NCBI GenBank assembly: GCA_040954595.2
Contig: CM082594.2
Coordinates: forward strand, 9,490,296 to 9,554,295
Reading direction: 5' to 3'
DNA: 64,000 nt
From: Balanoglossus misakiensis
Taxonomy: Eukaryota > Animalia > Hemichordata
Below the pieces are notes generated by a model that was not told the origin of the DNA, did no database searches, and saw nothing but the letters and a program-made list of their open reading frames with translations. The number at the start of each line of letters is the position of its first letter. Position 1 is the first letter of the stretch. Below are positions 1-14,500 of the stretch, in pieces. Made by a program: the position numbers and the translations under genes.

Positions 1-2294
1 GCCATTACAGGTAACCAAATACTAAAATGGTGAAACGTTGCACCTGAAATGTGAATTGAAGAATAGCGTCCAAGTACAGAACTTGAACCACTTCAAGTTG
101 GCTTTTGATGAAACAGAAGTGATTTTTCCGATGTGTTTCACTCAGTTAATCGCTGTTCACTTTGCATAACAATTTATAAAGAAATTATTGCTTGAAACTT
201 TTTCAGATTGAACATTAGTTGCTGAGTAAGTTTGTTAATAAAATGGCAAAATATCATAGTCTATGTTGTAACATTAATGTACACATTTGTTATTTTAAGT
301 TGTCTTAAACCTATACACCTGTGTACAGAGGGCATATCACCTGATGTGATCACACTAATGTGATTGGCTCTCAGCATTCAGCAGTTTTATGCTAGAGAAA
401 CTCAAACACTAAGTTTCAAAGTAAAAATGCTGATATAGTTGTCTACACATTGGAATCAGTTACACTCCCTGAAAGGAAACAGGACTGTATTTTCTGTCGT
501 ATTAACCGAGCTCTGCTATTGTTCTGTGGAGCCTTGCAGGATTACCTTGCAGGCACTAAAATTGCAAACCGGCCCCGACTGATCCACTAATGGTGAACTA
601 TTTCACACATGCACGCTGCTTGCAATGAAGTACTGCTGCCTCTCACAAAGGGTCGGACACCGGATTCTTGTAAAATGATATACAGTACGTCTGCGTACAC
701 TGGACTTTTTTTGTTCATTTTCATGAGCCATAGAACCGATTTACCACGTCGGCAAGCACATCTAATATCTGTCGTCATGGGAACACATGGCAGTGAAGTG
801 AAAAAAAGTGTTCTGTTTGTATCAATACCCTTGAGAATGCAGTTTCTGAAAAGAAAATACAAGCGCCATAAAGTTTGTGAGTGTTTTTGATTGTTGTTTA
901 GGAAAGGATAGGGTTGTCTGATTAGTCTTGAATTCTAGTTTGATTTTAACTTCAAATTTTTCTATATCATCGTTTAGTAATAATTAGTTAGTGCATTATT
1001 GCCAAATTCTGCAAACAGGCTAGATAGATCTCTTTGTAACAATAACTTCAAATAGGTGTTGTTAGTCACTCCCCCTTATGACTTCTCTGTGTTTGCTTAG
1101 GAAAAAGCCTGATTACCTAGAAATTCCTGTCAACTTGTAAAAGAAAACCTTTGAGTTTTTGTACTGTGCTTTTTTCCAGCGTGAGTGCTGTGTGTTTGGA
1201 TTTCCGGCGCACACGAAATTTGAATCGAAATCAGACAGCATTGTGTTACTCTGGTCTGTGGTTGAAAATTGATGATTTCGACACATCAGCAAGGGAAGTG
1301 ATCTTTTTTTCTGTGAGGATGAAGAACTTTGAGCAGCGGCGCATTGTTTTTATGCACTTTAGGACACAGTCTATTTGGCAAAGCCACTGGCTTACAATTG
1401 CTCCATTGTTAATATGGTAGTGATTAGGGGGGTTCTGTAGCAGTGACCTTTTTGGCATCCTTGGGCGAAAATCGCTCCATTCCCACAGTCAGTATTCATT
1501 CCAATGACATTCCTTCCCGGCTACACTAAACTATGTATTCTCCGCCAACAATTTGTGTGGTAAAATGCGGGGAAGCAGATGATGCCTGTGAAAATTGGGT
1601 TCCTCTTGCAGCTGTGTTTTCGTGTCTGTATTTATGAATGTATGTGTGTCCCTGCCTGAATAATTGTGAATGACAATGAAAAATCCAGCCCTCCTTCACC
1701 TCGGCCAATGTCATTAATTGTACCAAGACTTCTAACAACACAGACTGCCGGTACAACCAAATGATTAGTGGGTGTCACCAACCGTTTCATGGAGGTGTTT
1801 TTACCCCTTTTGGATTAAAATCAACCCCCTCCCCTTTAACCAGATTTGCTCAGAAACACGATACCATTACCAGGTACACGCAAGTTGCATCAGACAAATG
1901 TACTTTGCATGTCTGATTGTTTTGTGGTAAACTGTAAATACCACTTTTCCTTCCTCTGTCTTTATAGCTGCTGAAAAGGTCCAGACAGAGTTTCCCTTGC
2001 CAGTCAGAATGTTCAACTCTTTTGAAAGAAGGTTATTACCCTACTGTAGCCATAGCAACATATTCCACTGTGTATTCAGCCAAGATAGAATCTTTACTCA
2101 GGTTGAATCCCCTGTTAATTGTTTGCCCCCCTTCTTATTGCCCAGGGGAAAACAATAAGTCATTTAAAGTGGCTTCATTTGAACAAACAATAAATAGTGT
2201 CTGGTTGGTGGTCAGAGGTGAAATCTTAGCTGTCTACTTTTTCACTGTTCCATATTTGGGTATCTGATTTGAATTGACCCCACCCACTGGATCG

Positions 2295-2370
2295 TGATTG
2301 GTTCAAAGTACATTTGGTAAGCTGTCAGTTATCTCTGTTGGCTGCCAGCCAATCATCTAGAGCTATATGC
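2295..2370 (+). promoter_or_regulatory. Collagen proximal promoter: inverted CCAAT (2297-2301), CCAAT (2349-2353), TATA-like CTATAT (~2363-2368)
   Basis: GATTGG, AGCCAATCA and CTATATG lie 130-200 nt upstream of the ATG, an arrangement like vertebrate fibrillar collagen promoters. TSS not determined. Confidence 0.45.
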
Positions 2371-2464
2371 TCCTTTTAATCCAGCTAGTCTCTATTAGCC
2401 TGGCTTGCCTCTCTGGATTTTTTGCCGGGCTGTAGCTGGTTGAGACTGCAAGATATTTGGCGAG

Positions 2465-2514
2465 TGCAAAGAATTTACAGGTCGTCGTTTTGAGCGGCCA
2501 TGTATAGCTTTGTG
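2465..2514 (+). promoter_or_regulatory. Collagen 5' stem-loop (LARP6-type) enclosing the start codon
   Basis: TGCAAAG-AATTTACA-GGTCGTC-GTTTT-GAGCGGCC-ATGTATAG-CTTTGTG. Lower stem GCAAAG/CTTTGT and upper stem GGTCG/CGGCC. Resembles vertebrate CCACAAAG-AGTCTACA-...-ATGTTCAG-CTTTGTGG (recalled). Confidence 0.7.
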
Positions 2515-2593
2515 GATAATACCCATCGGAGCCGATGGATGCTCTTAGCGTTTGTAGGTTTATGTTTTCTGGCAGCCCTGGCAGAAGGACAAA
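2500..2593 (+). CDS. Collagen exon 1, signal peptide [31 protein letters not shown]
   Basis: GCCATG start context, N-terminus like COL1A1 MFSFVD, hydrophobic core, phase-1 donor A|GTGAGT. Confidence 0.9.
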
Positions 2594-5500
2594 GTGAGTA
2601 CAACTTTTCTGTTTAATTCCTTAGTCTTCTTGCAAGCGATTCTGTCTTATTCCAAAGTTTGCATGGATAAGAGGTATCCTTAAGCATGCTGTGGTTGCCT
2701 GACTTTTTTTTTACTTCAAAGAACGGTGCCAAACTTTTGTTTTAAAATTGAGAATAAGCAGGCAAGAAGGAAAATAGCTCAAGTAGGATGGGTTAGATGT
2801 AGCATCAGTAGCATGGTTCTGAGATGAGTTCAAAAGTGAGAAAGAAAACAGCTGAGATTCAGTGTGACCATCAGTGCCACAAGGTTTTGAGTAGCTTATT
2901 CACGTCGTCAAGTCACAGTTGTAATAAATGCCAGATGCTCTGTCTAGCTGAGAAAGGCAGAGGTCGCCTTGAAGGGCGAGATGCTCTGCATGACAGAGTT
3001 GACTGCCTGTGAAAATAGCCGAATGATATTTGATAAACTTTTACAGTGATAAGTTCACGCGATGACAAATACCTCTGCAGCTCGCACACAGGGCTGCTGT
3101 GCAGGGGGGCCTGCTTGTGGAGATGAGCTGCCAGTATCTTATCCTGAACCCTGGGTGTCTTATGTAATAAGAGTTGATTAGCAGAAACCTGCTTAATGAG
3201 TGTGCTGTCTTTGTTGACCCTCCCCTCCCCCTCTTTCAATCTCAAACACATTCATGTGGTCATTCATTCCAAGGAGTTGTGGTTAGGTCGGCAATTGAGC
3301 TTGGAGAGGGGAGCCTATTTGAATTCCACATCTTTAGAATTCCTGCCTTCTGAGTGGATTGAACTTGTGCATACTGCCTGCCTCTGTTTCAAATCAGGCC
3401 AAGTTACACAACTCCACATATATTGAGGTTGACCAGAGCCACTCTCTGTAAACAAATATTCAAGTTTTACACATGTTAAATTTCTTCACCAAAGATAACA
3501 TGAATGTAAATGTTTCTGACAAACAATAAAATTATGAGGAGCAAATTCTCGTCACGTATATTGAGTAGCGTGCTGGAGTTTCTCATTTCAGTGGCAGTTT
3601 GAGAAATGTTTTCACTGACATAAAATGATTTAAGAGCTGCTATTACAGTTTGTCATGTGTTGATGTCAATCAACCACCATTCAGTGTGATTTGCAGCCAT
3701 ATTTTATAGCCACTGGTGCAGTATTAATTCTTGCTATCAGGGGAAAGATACCGCTGGTATCTAATCAAAACAGTCCTATCTTTTCAGAAAAGATAAATAT
3801 TTTCCTTGATTTTGCTTTTTGTATTAATCTTGGCCCTTACAAGTATTAATCCCTGACCTCACCATGAAAACATGAATTTCATTATTTCCATTGGTAAACA
3901 TTTATTTGCAATTATTTGCCTCACTTCATTCTTCGAAAATTGTTTTTGAAGTGTCAACCAATGAAAACACTACACTGTGTTTTGCAGATTCGGTAGGTGG
4001 TGACAGTCTTTCTTTAAGTGCTGTCATAGGTTAAGTGATCTTTGCTCTTTATTCTGCGGACAAAATTGTTTTGTGACAATCAGCTGTTCTTTTCTTAGCA
4101 AGTATTAAGAGACCTGTTTTCTTCAGTTATACCCTTTCACAGTTGGAATATTGGAATAGTCAATTGACAGCTGGGATGTTGTCGTTTTCTACTCAAAGAC
4201 CGTAGATTGCTCAATTGTTTTCAGTTTTCCAGCATTTCAATGGAGAATACTTTCCAACTTACATAACTTCACTTATCTTCATTCCCCATTCAGGGATCAG
4301 AGGGGCCATTAACCTTTCTTGGACCATAATTATTCTTTTCATGAAAAAGTTTCAATGGACAACTCTCCCGGGAGAACCCAACAGCCTGTAGAATTTAAGA
4401 ATTACAATGAAGTGTATACTTAGATGGCGATTCCAAGTCTAGCAAACATGTAATGATTAGGGTCGTCTCATCATTTAACAGACAATATCAGTTTTCTTGG
4501 GTGCACATGATAAATTTGTCCCATTTTAAGATCTTTGAATACAATATTGCATAGTTCACAGTTGCCCCATTACTTAGGCAGTCTTGCAATAATGATACAC
4601 CAGTTATTTGCATATCCAATAATGCATCTGTGTAGTTATTGGTGTTGCAAATCTGAAATACCTCATGATAAATTAATTTCACAGTAGCTAGTGAGCTTAC
4701 TGGCAACTGGATCCAGCCTAAGCACGTCTGGTATACTTCCGCTATTTAGCATTTACATGTTAGTGTCATGACAGTTTGAACCCAATGACAATAGTCAAGT
4801 GACTGCCCCGTTGTCACTTTTTGAAAGACTTTTTTCAGTTATCTTATTTGTCAAGATTGCATACAAGATGACTGTAAGATCTTGTAAACAGAGAAACTGT
4901 CAATTAAAATAACAATACACGTCCTGCGCCTGCTTGTAGATTTGAGAAGCTTCACTAGTCTATCTTGGATTGGGAGTAATGGCGGACACAAAAGTGTCTT
5001 TAAAGGGACAAAGTGATTGGCTTTTGACAGTTCTTTGGTTAGGTTTGTTTCCTGTGGGAAGTAATGCACATCTGTCAACCAAGTATTAAATCACTATTCA
5101 AAAAAGTTAATATCACCCAAATAATAATAAGTGACAAAGCTAGTCTCTTTAATAAAAGTCATTCCATAATTATTAGAAATAATGATATTTTATGTCAATA
5201 TAATGAAAAGTCTGTAAATTATTTTGAAAGAGCTAGTGGGTGTGTTTTCTCAAGGAGCACAGCTATAGAAGTTGACCGAGCAAAAGTATTTCAAATGTTG
5301 GCTTTTTGCTGACTGGCTTGTTGAAAACTCACTGACTGTGCGTGGGTGGTCTGACTTTATAATTCCAAACGCAACTCCCACTTTCTAGCAAGTCAACTTT
5401 CTTCCTTACTCTTTGACTCCTGCCATTCACAATAACAAAGTTTTCTTTCTCGGAATAGCTCTCTGAGACGTGACTCTTGTCTAAAAATCTTGAGAAGATT

Positions 5501-8500
5501 ATTTTAAACCCAAAACATACCATGGTTCCCTGTGAAGCTGACTGTTATCAACCATACTTGCATAACTTGTAAACAAATGCTAGATATTTGATAATCAATC
5601 AAGGCCTCTTGGACCACCACAATGGATGAATTAGTCATATGTGTGATCATAGTTATGTAATATTCATTGTTAAAGAGTTAATTTTTCACAGGGATTTAAA
5701 CTTATTTATGCCAGTTTGATGAATCCTGTTTATAAAAACCCGGTAAAGGACATGATTAAAGCACAAGATAAATGTATGCCCCTTGTATCAGATGCAGGTA
5801 ATTCTTTGATCATGATCAGGTGATAACAATCAGGGATTATTTGACAGCACCTTATATGTCATTACATAATTATAAGTTCTGATTTGAAAACAACTGGCGC
5901 AAGTGGACCGCACACTGTTTTGACGTACAGTGGAATATTTAGTCTGGAGAGACAGTTGAGTTTGTCATTGAGGTCAGGGAAACACTAAGGAGTCTGGGAG
6001 CTTTTCTCATCCTCGTATTTGGTGTCCAAGGCAACACCACCCAAGTATTAGGTAGTACACTGTACACACAAAGCTAGAGATGCCTATGGATTATCTTTCT
6101 ATGGTGAGCCAAAGTTGAAAGTTCAGAACTGGTCACTTAGAAGTCCCTCTGTGATATTAGCGTGTAAAGTACACTTCCAATTTAGATAAGGAATTCTGCA
6201 ATAACCCAGTAACCACATTTCAAATGTGAACGATCTGTTTATTTGGGTCTGGGGTCAATTCCCTTGGTGGTAGGAAAACTGCAACTGGAGAGCTCAAATG
6301 ATGTGATTTCTGTAAATAAGGGGTGATATTTTGCAGCTATATAAACTACTCGATGAAAGAAACTTACTTTATGGCAGTTTGTTAGTATAAGGCGGTAGTC
6401 ATCGGACATGCAATAATGGAAAATTGGCACAAGTTTTATCAAACTATGACTGGTCAAGAAAATGTTATACTCGGCAAGTTTTGAACGAATTGGTTTCAAA
6501 ATAAAAACTAGAAACATCTAGAATGTCTTTTACAAGTCTCATTTTGCCAGTCTGACAGTGTAACTTACAAATGGCGAGAGAATTTTGGGTGGAAACCCCC
6601 GATATTGAGACACAAATACTCGAAAAGAAACATTCACTTCTTGATCATGATGCAAAGTTGAAGAAAGATTCAATGACCCTTATTAAAGTATGTCTTACTG
6701 TGCAGAATCTCAGTGTGAGTTGTAAAGAAAAACCTTCAAGAATTTGATATCGATATGTTTATACGCAGAGTTGACCGGTAGCCTGTTCTTTCTGGAAATC
6801 AATGGAAACTTTTTACAGAAATCCGTTGTATCTGATAGTTTAACATTGAGTGACATTGCTTTTGGACTAAAATGTTCATTATTTCTGCATTTTAAATGAC
6901 TTAAATTTAGCAAATTCACCACAAGAATATACCCCATGATGTGAGCTTGAATTGAATGGTGTCATTTCAGTGCGTTTGACTTCTTAATTGGATAAAACCT
7001 TGTGGTTTTTTATGAACACAATAAACGCTTGACTGCCAAACTACAAGTGATTTTAAAGATACTGCCTTCATATATAGCTTGTAAGTCATTCATCACTTGG
7101 GAGAACGACATCCTAGTGTACAGGTCGGCATGGCGATATCAGTTTCGCTGAATTGTGGTGAAATTTCATGAATTCTAATGTGGGAACTCAAGACTTTCCA
7201 GCTGTCAGAAAACGTGAAATTAAGGAGCAGAGATGTCTGGGATTGTAGTGGACCTCATTTTATGCAGTGTCCCCTCTAGCACTTTGACTTGACCCCTGAA
7301 CATTCCGATGAATACATTACAAGCTGAGAGCTGAAAAATGCAGAACGGAAGTGCAGACGCAACCAGGGGGGTTCAATGTGTCAGTTTATACAAGGCAAGT
7401 TGTGGCCTGCACGGCTGCTGACATCGTGGGTCCAGTCGACTCAAATCGCTTCATGTGCTTTTGATTTTAGGTGCATTCTTAGCAAGTCTCGAGAAAGGCC
7501 GGGTTTTCCTGTAATGTCTGGCCACTGGTTTTTGGCATTCTTTGTTAAGGAGCAAGCAGGAAACCGAACCTTTGTTGAGAACCCATTATGAACCCGCTGA
7601 GTCTCGAAAAGGTCTATTAGGAAAGTTGAACTTTTGTGTATAAGCATGCACCAAGTGAATGAATAGACATTGCGTTTAGACGGATACAATTTCCCTTTCA
7701 CAGTGGCTTTGTTGTCTGTCTTCTTTTAACCTGAGGTGCTGAATTTTTGCGCCTGGATGCTTGCTGAAACTTAAACTAAGTCCAGTCTTCGCCACTTTTT
7801 AAACTATGTGTTTCAGAAATGCATCAGTAACATGCATTTGCCAGTGAAGTTCTAAATTGTTCATACACAATATTACGCATAACCGTATATAATTCTTTTA
7901 ATGTAACTTCGTTATTCAGATAGCTTTGATAAAGGTTGATGACATGTCTACTGAGGTTGTAGTCCTGAAGATGGAACCTGCAACGTGTTTTTCTAATGTG
8001 CAATACGATCCAAAGGCCACGCAACTTAGAAATTCTTTCATCTCATTCACGTCCGATTGTCAAGAAATATAATTACAAACTTTGTAAAGAATGCGTAGGC
8101 ATATGTTAATTGGTGAGATTTTGCTTTCCTATACAAAGGTGAAGAGTTGGGTAATCTCTTAGAGGTTAAGGGTTAAGTGATCTGCGAGATTGCGCGGTCA
8201 AACGCCAGCAAATGATATCAGTGTCGGAACATTCTCTGAAACTTTATTGCTAGAAAGTATGTGGGAAGACAATTTTTGCTGTACATTTACATTTAGATCT
8301 GCAATCCATTATATTCCATCATGATAAAATTACATTTATTATATTAAGAATGATGGGAATAAAAATCAGGGAAAAGTTCCCAAATTAAAATTAGGAATAT
8401 GTAAAGTCAGAATATTTTGTGGTTTAGTTCATAATTTGTCCCCAAAAAATCTTGAATTACAAATAAGTAGATGTATCAAGATTCAAATGTTCCTCATCTT

Positions 8501-11500
8501 TGCCAGTGAGAAAACTGATGAAAAACCAGGCTGTATATATTTAACTACTGTATACGTATCAAATACCAGGTCATGTGTTTCCAAGAACTCTCCACTGTGG
8601 TCTGTCCTTTGGTCAAGCAAGGTCAACATCCAAGCTTGTTTCTATCCTTTGGTCAAGCGAGGTCAGAACCTCACTCTGTCTCGTGAAGCAAGGCCAAAAT
8701 TGCTTTGTCTGGACCGGACGAGGGGTCATGTCCAACATTTGTTTGAGTGACTTTATTGTGATATGCCTGACCAAGATTTTACATTTTACAAAGTTTTAAG
8801 TTTCTCATATGTTGATAGTAAGGTCAAATAGACGTAACTCTGACCTTGTCTATGTTATTTTTTTCTGTCTGCATCCTTTTACATGCAATTGAGCATGGAG
8901 AACATATTAAACTTTTATTTGCCAAATTGTTATGACATCCATGGAAAACAGTGATAATATGACATCAACTCTGAATTATGACATGTGAATGATATTTTGT
9001 ACAAATCAAGATTTTACGCCTCAGTTTAGAGGTAAACCTGGATGCAAATCTAAAAAAAAATGTAGGAATAATATCACAGCATTCCAAGTCGCCCACCCAA
9101 GTCTAGTTCAGCCAGGACTCAGATTATTTCCACGCCTCAGAACGCCTAATAATTTGATATGAATGATCACAAGCATTTGTGTTGTAGTTTATACTAGTGT
9201 TTGAGTGTTAACCCTTTGCATCTCTCCCCGGAGGGATAGAGTTTCCCCGGTCACACACACACTGGTGCAGAAGTCACGCCTGTTTTTGTTTAGGTTCATG
9301 TCGGCCTAACAGATGGTTGTCTGGCATCATCAGACTGGGTCTGTTTGGTCTACTGTGCAGTCGATTCCTCAAAACTCATTAAAAAGGGTTTATGTTCCCT
9401 ACAGCTGCACTCAACTGATGTAGGTTCACTGTTTAGGGCATATGCCATCAAGTGTTACCCAGGGTTCTGGGAATTTATTTCTGGAATTTTAAACCACTGT
9501 ATCGCGGAAAGTTTTTGAAGGTGCCCAGGGAAAAAATGGGAATCATTCTCAGAAAGTCCCGGAAAGTTGATCCATTTATTCCTGTTGGTGTGCATTGATC
9601 AAGTCACACAACTGCTGTGTGATCCAATCCTGAGTAAATGATGACTCTTTAAACTTCAAGCATGCCTGATGAAACTCCAGAAAAACTTCTGGAAAGCCAT
9701 AGAATTTAGACAGAGCTTTGGACCTTGATAGCTTTATGAAGGCTGCTTGTCCGGAAGTCTTGTCATAGAGGTTGGCTGCCTGGTGGCAGTTTGTAAAAAA
9801 AAGCGTCTGGGGAAATTGGGCAAGGTTTCCTCCAGGCATGCATTGCCTAACCTTGAATAAAAAGTTTTAAAGAAACTTGCATTGATGGTTTTAATTGTAA
9901 GCTACCACAAACCTTGCACTGATGGTCTAGACTGAAAACATCTGAATTTTGAAAGACATTTCACACCAGTGATCATACGACCACTGCTGCATCTCAGACC
10001 CATGCTTAACTGTTGATAATGTAATAGTAGTAGCTAGCGTTCAGTAGTCGTAGTGACGTAGCCCTTTCTTCTTACAGCAAAATATCTGGCAAAGTCAGTG
10101 ATCAACGACTTTGATGAATACAATGACTATAAAATGAGGTTTCAATGTTACACAAATTTCCTGGAGACTTGTAGCCCGTGAAATTCAAGGCTGCACTGTC
10201 AAAAGACCAGGGCCAACTTTGAATGACAGGGAAGGTGAAAAAGAAAAGAGTATTGTAGCAAAAAAGAATTCCTCACATTTGGCTGATAACCTTAGTAGCG
10301 ACTCAAAATGACAATCTCACAGATTCAATTAATTGCTACTAACCAAATTGCTAGACCTGCTAAAAAACAAACATGAAATGCTAACATTGATTTTGGCCGT
10401 CGTGAATGATAAAGTCTACACTACCTAAATTATGAGAACAGAGTACTATTTTTTTCATTCATTCATTCAAGGAAAATTAAGTTTGGCACTTGGGTGTTAA
10501 AACTTTGAAACTTGACTGTTTATTTGGGGTATTGAAGGTTGTATATATAGAACTTTTCTTGCGCATTACTTTTTGTGAGCAGCATATAATTTATAGTAAA
10601 TTGCGGTTAAAATGGTCTGTTAATTCATCCAAGGCATTTTCTTGAATTCTATGTTTCTGTTATGGTCTAAGATGTTGGTAATTCCTTTTCTCAGTGTACA
10701 AATATATTGTGTGTGACTGAGCTTTCCACTGACACTTGCAGTGTGACAAGGAATTTCTGAAATTTCATTGCTATGGTTACCAGCATCTTCCATCCATAAC
10801 AGGAATATTGGGATTACGGAAATTTGCATGGCTGCCTTGATATGAATAAAATGCATGATGACTTTTGTTTTGGATATGAATGACAAGTCATATGGATATC
10901 CATGTATTTTAAATAATCTTATAAATATTATCTGCGCATCTTTGCATACGGCTTCAGCTTTTATTTTTTATTCCTTACAATCGCAGCTGCTGCTTTCTAT
11001 TACAGCATAACGCTTTCTTTCTTTCAGGCGCCATGCACGTGCTTAAATATGTAAAGAGTTCACAGATTTTTTTTCTTGCAGTGTGTTCGTTGCGTAGTCG
11101 TTAATTGTAGTTGTTTAACCGTGTCCAAACTGATGCATGTCCGATTTACAGAAACTGGTTTTGGCCAGACCCGCTGAACTCCTTCACTGCACTTATACCA
11201 CGCCAGCCAATACACTGGGTGTTTGCACAGGACCTGCACCAGAGCTCTCCACAAGGCTTTACGTTGGCTGAGAAACTGAATTCACCTGTTATATTCCCCC
11301 CTACACAGTCAAGCTTTACTACTCTTGAGTAACTGATTTTTTGCTTCCTCTCCCCTTTTTTGATAAAGAAATGTTCACTTTTTGTGCTGTTTCTTGGCCC
11401 AAAGTATCATATCTTCATGATATTCTTGTTTCATCATTTTTGTCTGCATAAGCTCCATTTCATCGAGCCATTTGCCAATTCCATTTTACCCACTATGCCA

Positions 11501-14500
11501 ATGTCATATGTCATTATCTGCTGTGCCAATCCCCAGTTACCTGCATAATGCCCATCTCATACACTCTGAGACTCAGGAGCTGCAAGATGCATTGATGCTA
11601 TTCTAATGGCCTTGCCTCATCTTATACCACTTTTTATTAGTTTTAGTGCAAGCACCCAGTGTGCGTTTTGATATTTTTTGTTTTTCTTTGTTTTGTTTTG
11701 TTGTGTGTGCGCGTGCGTGTGTGTACGTGTGAGGATGATTTCATAAGTTTTGCGTTTCAGTGTCACTGTCACAGATCCCCATTGTTAGTGTCATATCTTG
11801 TAATTTTTCCCAACAGGTTTCAAATTAGTTCTTACATTCTCTGTCTATCTCCCCCCGTACTCCCATCGCCTCATTTTGAACATCTCACAACACTATCATG
11901 CTTTGTCATTTTACACGATGACCAAACCCATCTTAAAGGGGCAGTGTGATGGCCTTGGTCTGCCGATTTAAAAACTTTTAAAAACTACGACATCTCACAC
12001 ATCCAGTAGCAGTGGAGTCCCCAACTCACATCACACATACAGTTATTCCCGGTGTTATTTCCCAATCTTACAATCCGTGAAAGTGTCCTTTCCCAACACA
12101 CCCAACCACGGAAGTAAGTGACTGTCCCAACACACAAGACAAGCAATGGAAACACCGTCATGTCACGCAATCCATGTACGCTTGCCACACACTGAACAAG
12201 ACAGGAGGCAGTGTGCGGTACGTGCCGTTCGAGGCCAAACTGACTAAAATCACGGTTTCTTTTCATCTGTTCTTTCTGTTTCTCAGCCAACATAAGTCCA
12301 AGAGCAGGTGAGATAAGTGTTAGTGCATTCTCCTCTAGTACCCCATGGCTTATATCTCTCTCTTCAACCCACCCACCCACCCTCCCTCCTCCAAGAACAC
12401 TACCCTTTTCTAAGATTCCCACGCTTGCCTCAGCTACACTATACAACCTTAAAGCCCTAAGATATTTTATAAGCAAGTTTTTTTCAATCTGTAATTTTCT
12501 GTTGTGTACTCTGTTCTTCTGTACCAGTTATGTACATTGCAAGTGTAGATTTTTTCTGGATTTAACACCGAAATAAAATGATATTGTAGTTTTAGTCTGG
12601 TTTGAAGTTATTTTAGTTTGCAGTTTTGCTCTGTAAGCATATTTCATCTAGCATTAACTTGTCATCAATACTGAACAGCGAGTTGTCTGTGATTCTCGAA
12701 AGAAAAATAAAACCAATGTGTCTTTGTGCAAAAAGATTGAAAGATTCCTGTACAACCTTCATCTATTCAATATTATTCTGTATTGCGGACATTTTGAGTT
12801 GAAACACAGAACAGAAACATTGTTTCGTATTTTGGCAGGGAGGTGCAATCTCATTGGTTGTCACCTTTTGCACCAAAGAAATTGACCAATCACAGACTAG
12901 ACTGGAATATCTGTCCAAATCACAGACAACTTTGCAAGTAGATCAGTTCCAGCTTGTGAGACAACCAGAAGAACTTCCACACTGTATTGTCAACTTTGGA
13001 TTAGTCCTGCAAAATTCTCTTTACCAAAACACTACAATAATTTCCCATTGCTCACCACTGTCATTTCTATAAAAGTTTCAGGGAACTACCATCATTTTGC
13101 CATCTTCACAAACACTAGATAAGTTAGTTCTGTCATTCAGTGTCAACATGTTTTAGTCAAACTTCACCAAGAGTAATTTGCTCACAGCTGGAACATTTGC
13201 TGGCAATAACATACAAATATACACCCATTCCCATTTAAGTATAGCTTCAACATTTAAATGAAATGGTTTCTGATAGAGTTGTAAACTAAAACATTGAAGG
13301 TTGGGGGCGCTATAACACTTTTGCGTGTGCCACATGCCAAGCTCTGAACTTCTGAAGAAAATTATAGTAGTATGTTATGGTTGTATGTATGTGTGTGAAC
13401 TGTTGAAACTGTTATAATTGAAAGAAAGAGAAGGAAAATTTTAATGAAATGATTCTGTTGAAGCGCTATTTTCATCACTTAATTCATCTCAAACTCTGCA
13501 TAAAGATTGGCAAGGCATGAACTTAGAACTTTCCAAAAACTTTCTTGAGGTAGATTATGTGTGAGCTGGATGCTTTTAATGTGCACCAGTCCTTTTACAA
13601 CCGTATTGTGGGACCAGCAGACAAAAAGACGGGGTGAAGGGTTATAAATTGATAAGCTAAGCCAGGCCGAGGTACTGAAGATGACTCATTAAAAACGTCA
13701 AACCTTGGATGTGCCAGAGAAGTTTTCTCCGACTATAACTTTGAATATTATCGCGCTTGCAAAGCAAAGGTATGTTTATGTGATATCTAAGTGTTGTGTG
13801 TGGGGAGTTTGGCCTTGAGTGTTTCATTGCAATGGTAGAGATGTGTTTGATAATTCTGTCGATTCATGGGTTCGATAGATGAGGGATAATAAAGAGTAAA
13901 TGAGGTTACAGGGATTATTTATATGTTCGAGTTGATAAAGTTTAATATAGGGGACTGAACTTTAAAATTTACCATGATTGACCACTTTTGGTACCAGCAA
14001 GGATTGGCTATTTAGTCACATTCCTAGCTCCTCCAGTACAGCATTGCACAGTATTTACTAGAACAGCTACCGTCTCTAAAATCTCAGTTATTCCCCTGTC
14101 CCTCCAGGTGAAATCGCGGCAGTCAGTGACCTCCCATGCCTGTATCTAGGAAAGATCTATTTTCACAGAGAGGAGTGGCAGGCAAATGCATGCTCCAACT
14201 GTACTTGTAGAAACTCTACGACCACTTGTATAAGTCGTACATGTGAAATACCTAGGTGTTCAGATCCATATACACCCGAGGGAGCTTGTTGTGCAAGATG
14301 TCCTGAGAGTGAGTACAGATTTTTTTAAACTTTTTTTCTTTTTCTGCTATTTTTTTCTTTTCATTTCTTCATTTTTTCACTTTATGTGAATTTGTGCACA
14401 TTTTGAAATCCCATTGTCTATGTCTATTAATGTTGCGATTTTTAGATAAAAAATACTTTTAACCCCATTCAGTATGGGGTGTCTTTCTTGTTTTTTATAT

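Noticed and set aside
11028-11050. Possible microexon after a strong pyrimidine tract (TTTCAG|GCGCCATG...)
   Set aside because: The available donor gives a 23-nt frame-shifting exon, and I found no good in-frame donor.
13640-13775. Possible alternative first exon (TATAAA ... AAG|GTATGT) before the VWC exon
   Set aside because: The ATGs hit early stops, the phase-1 frame is closed and there is no signal peptide.
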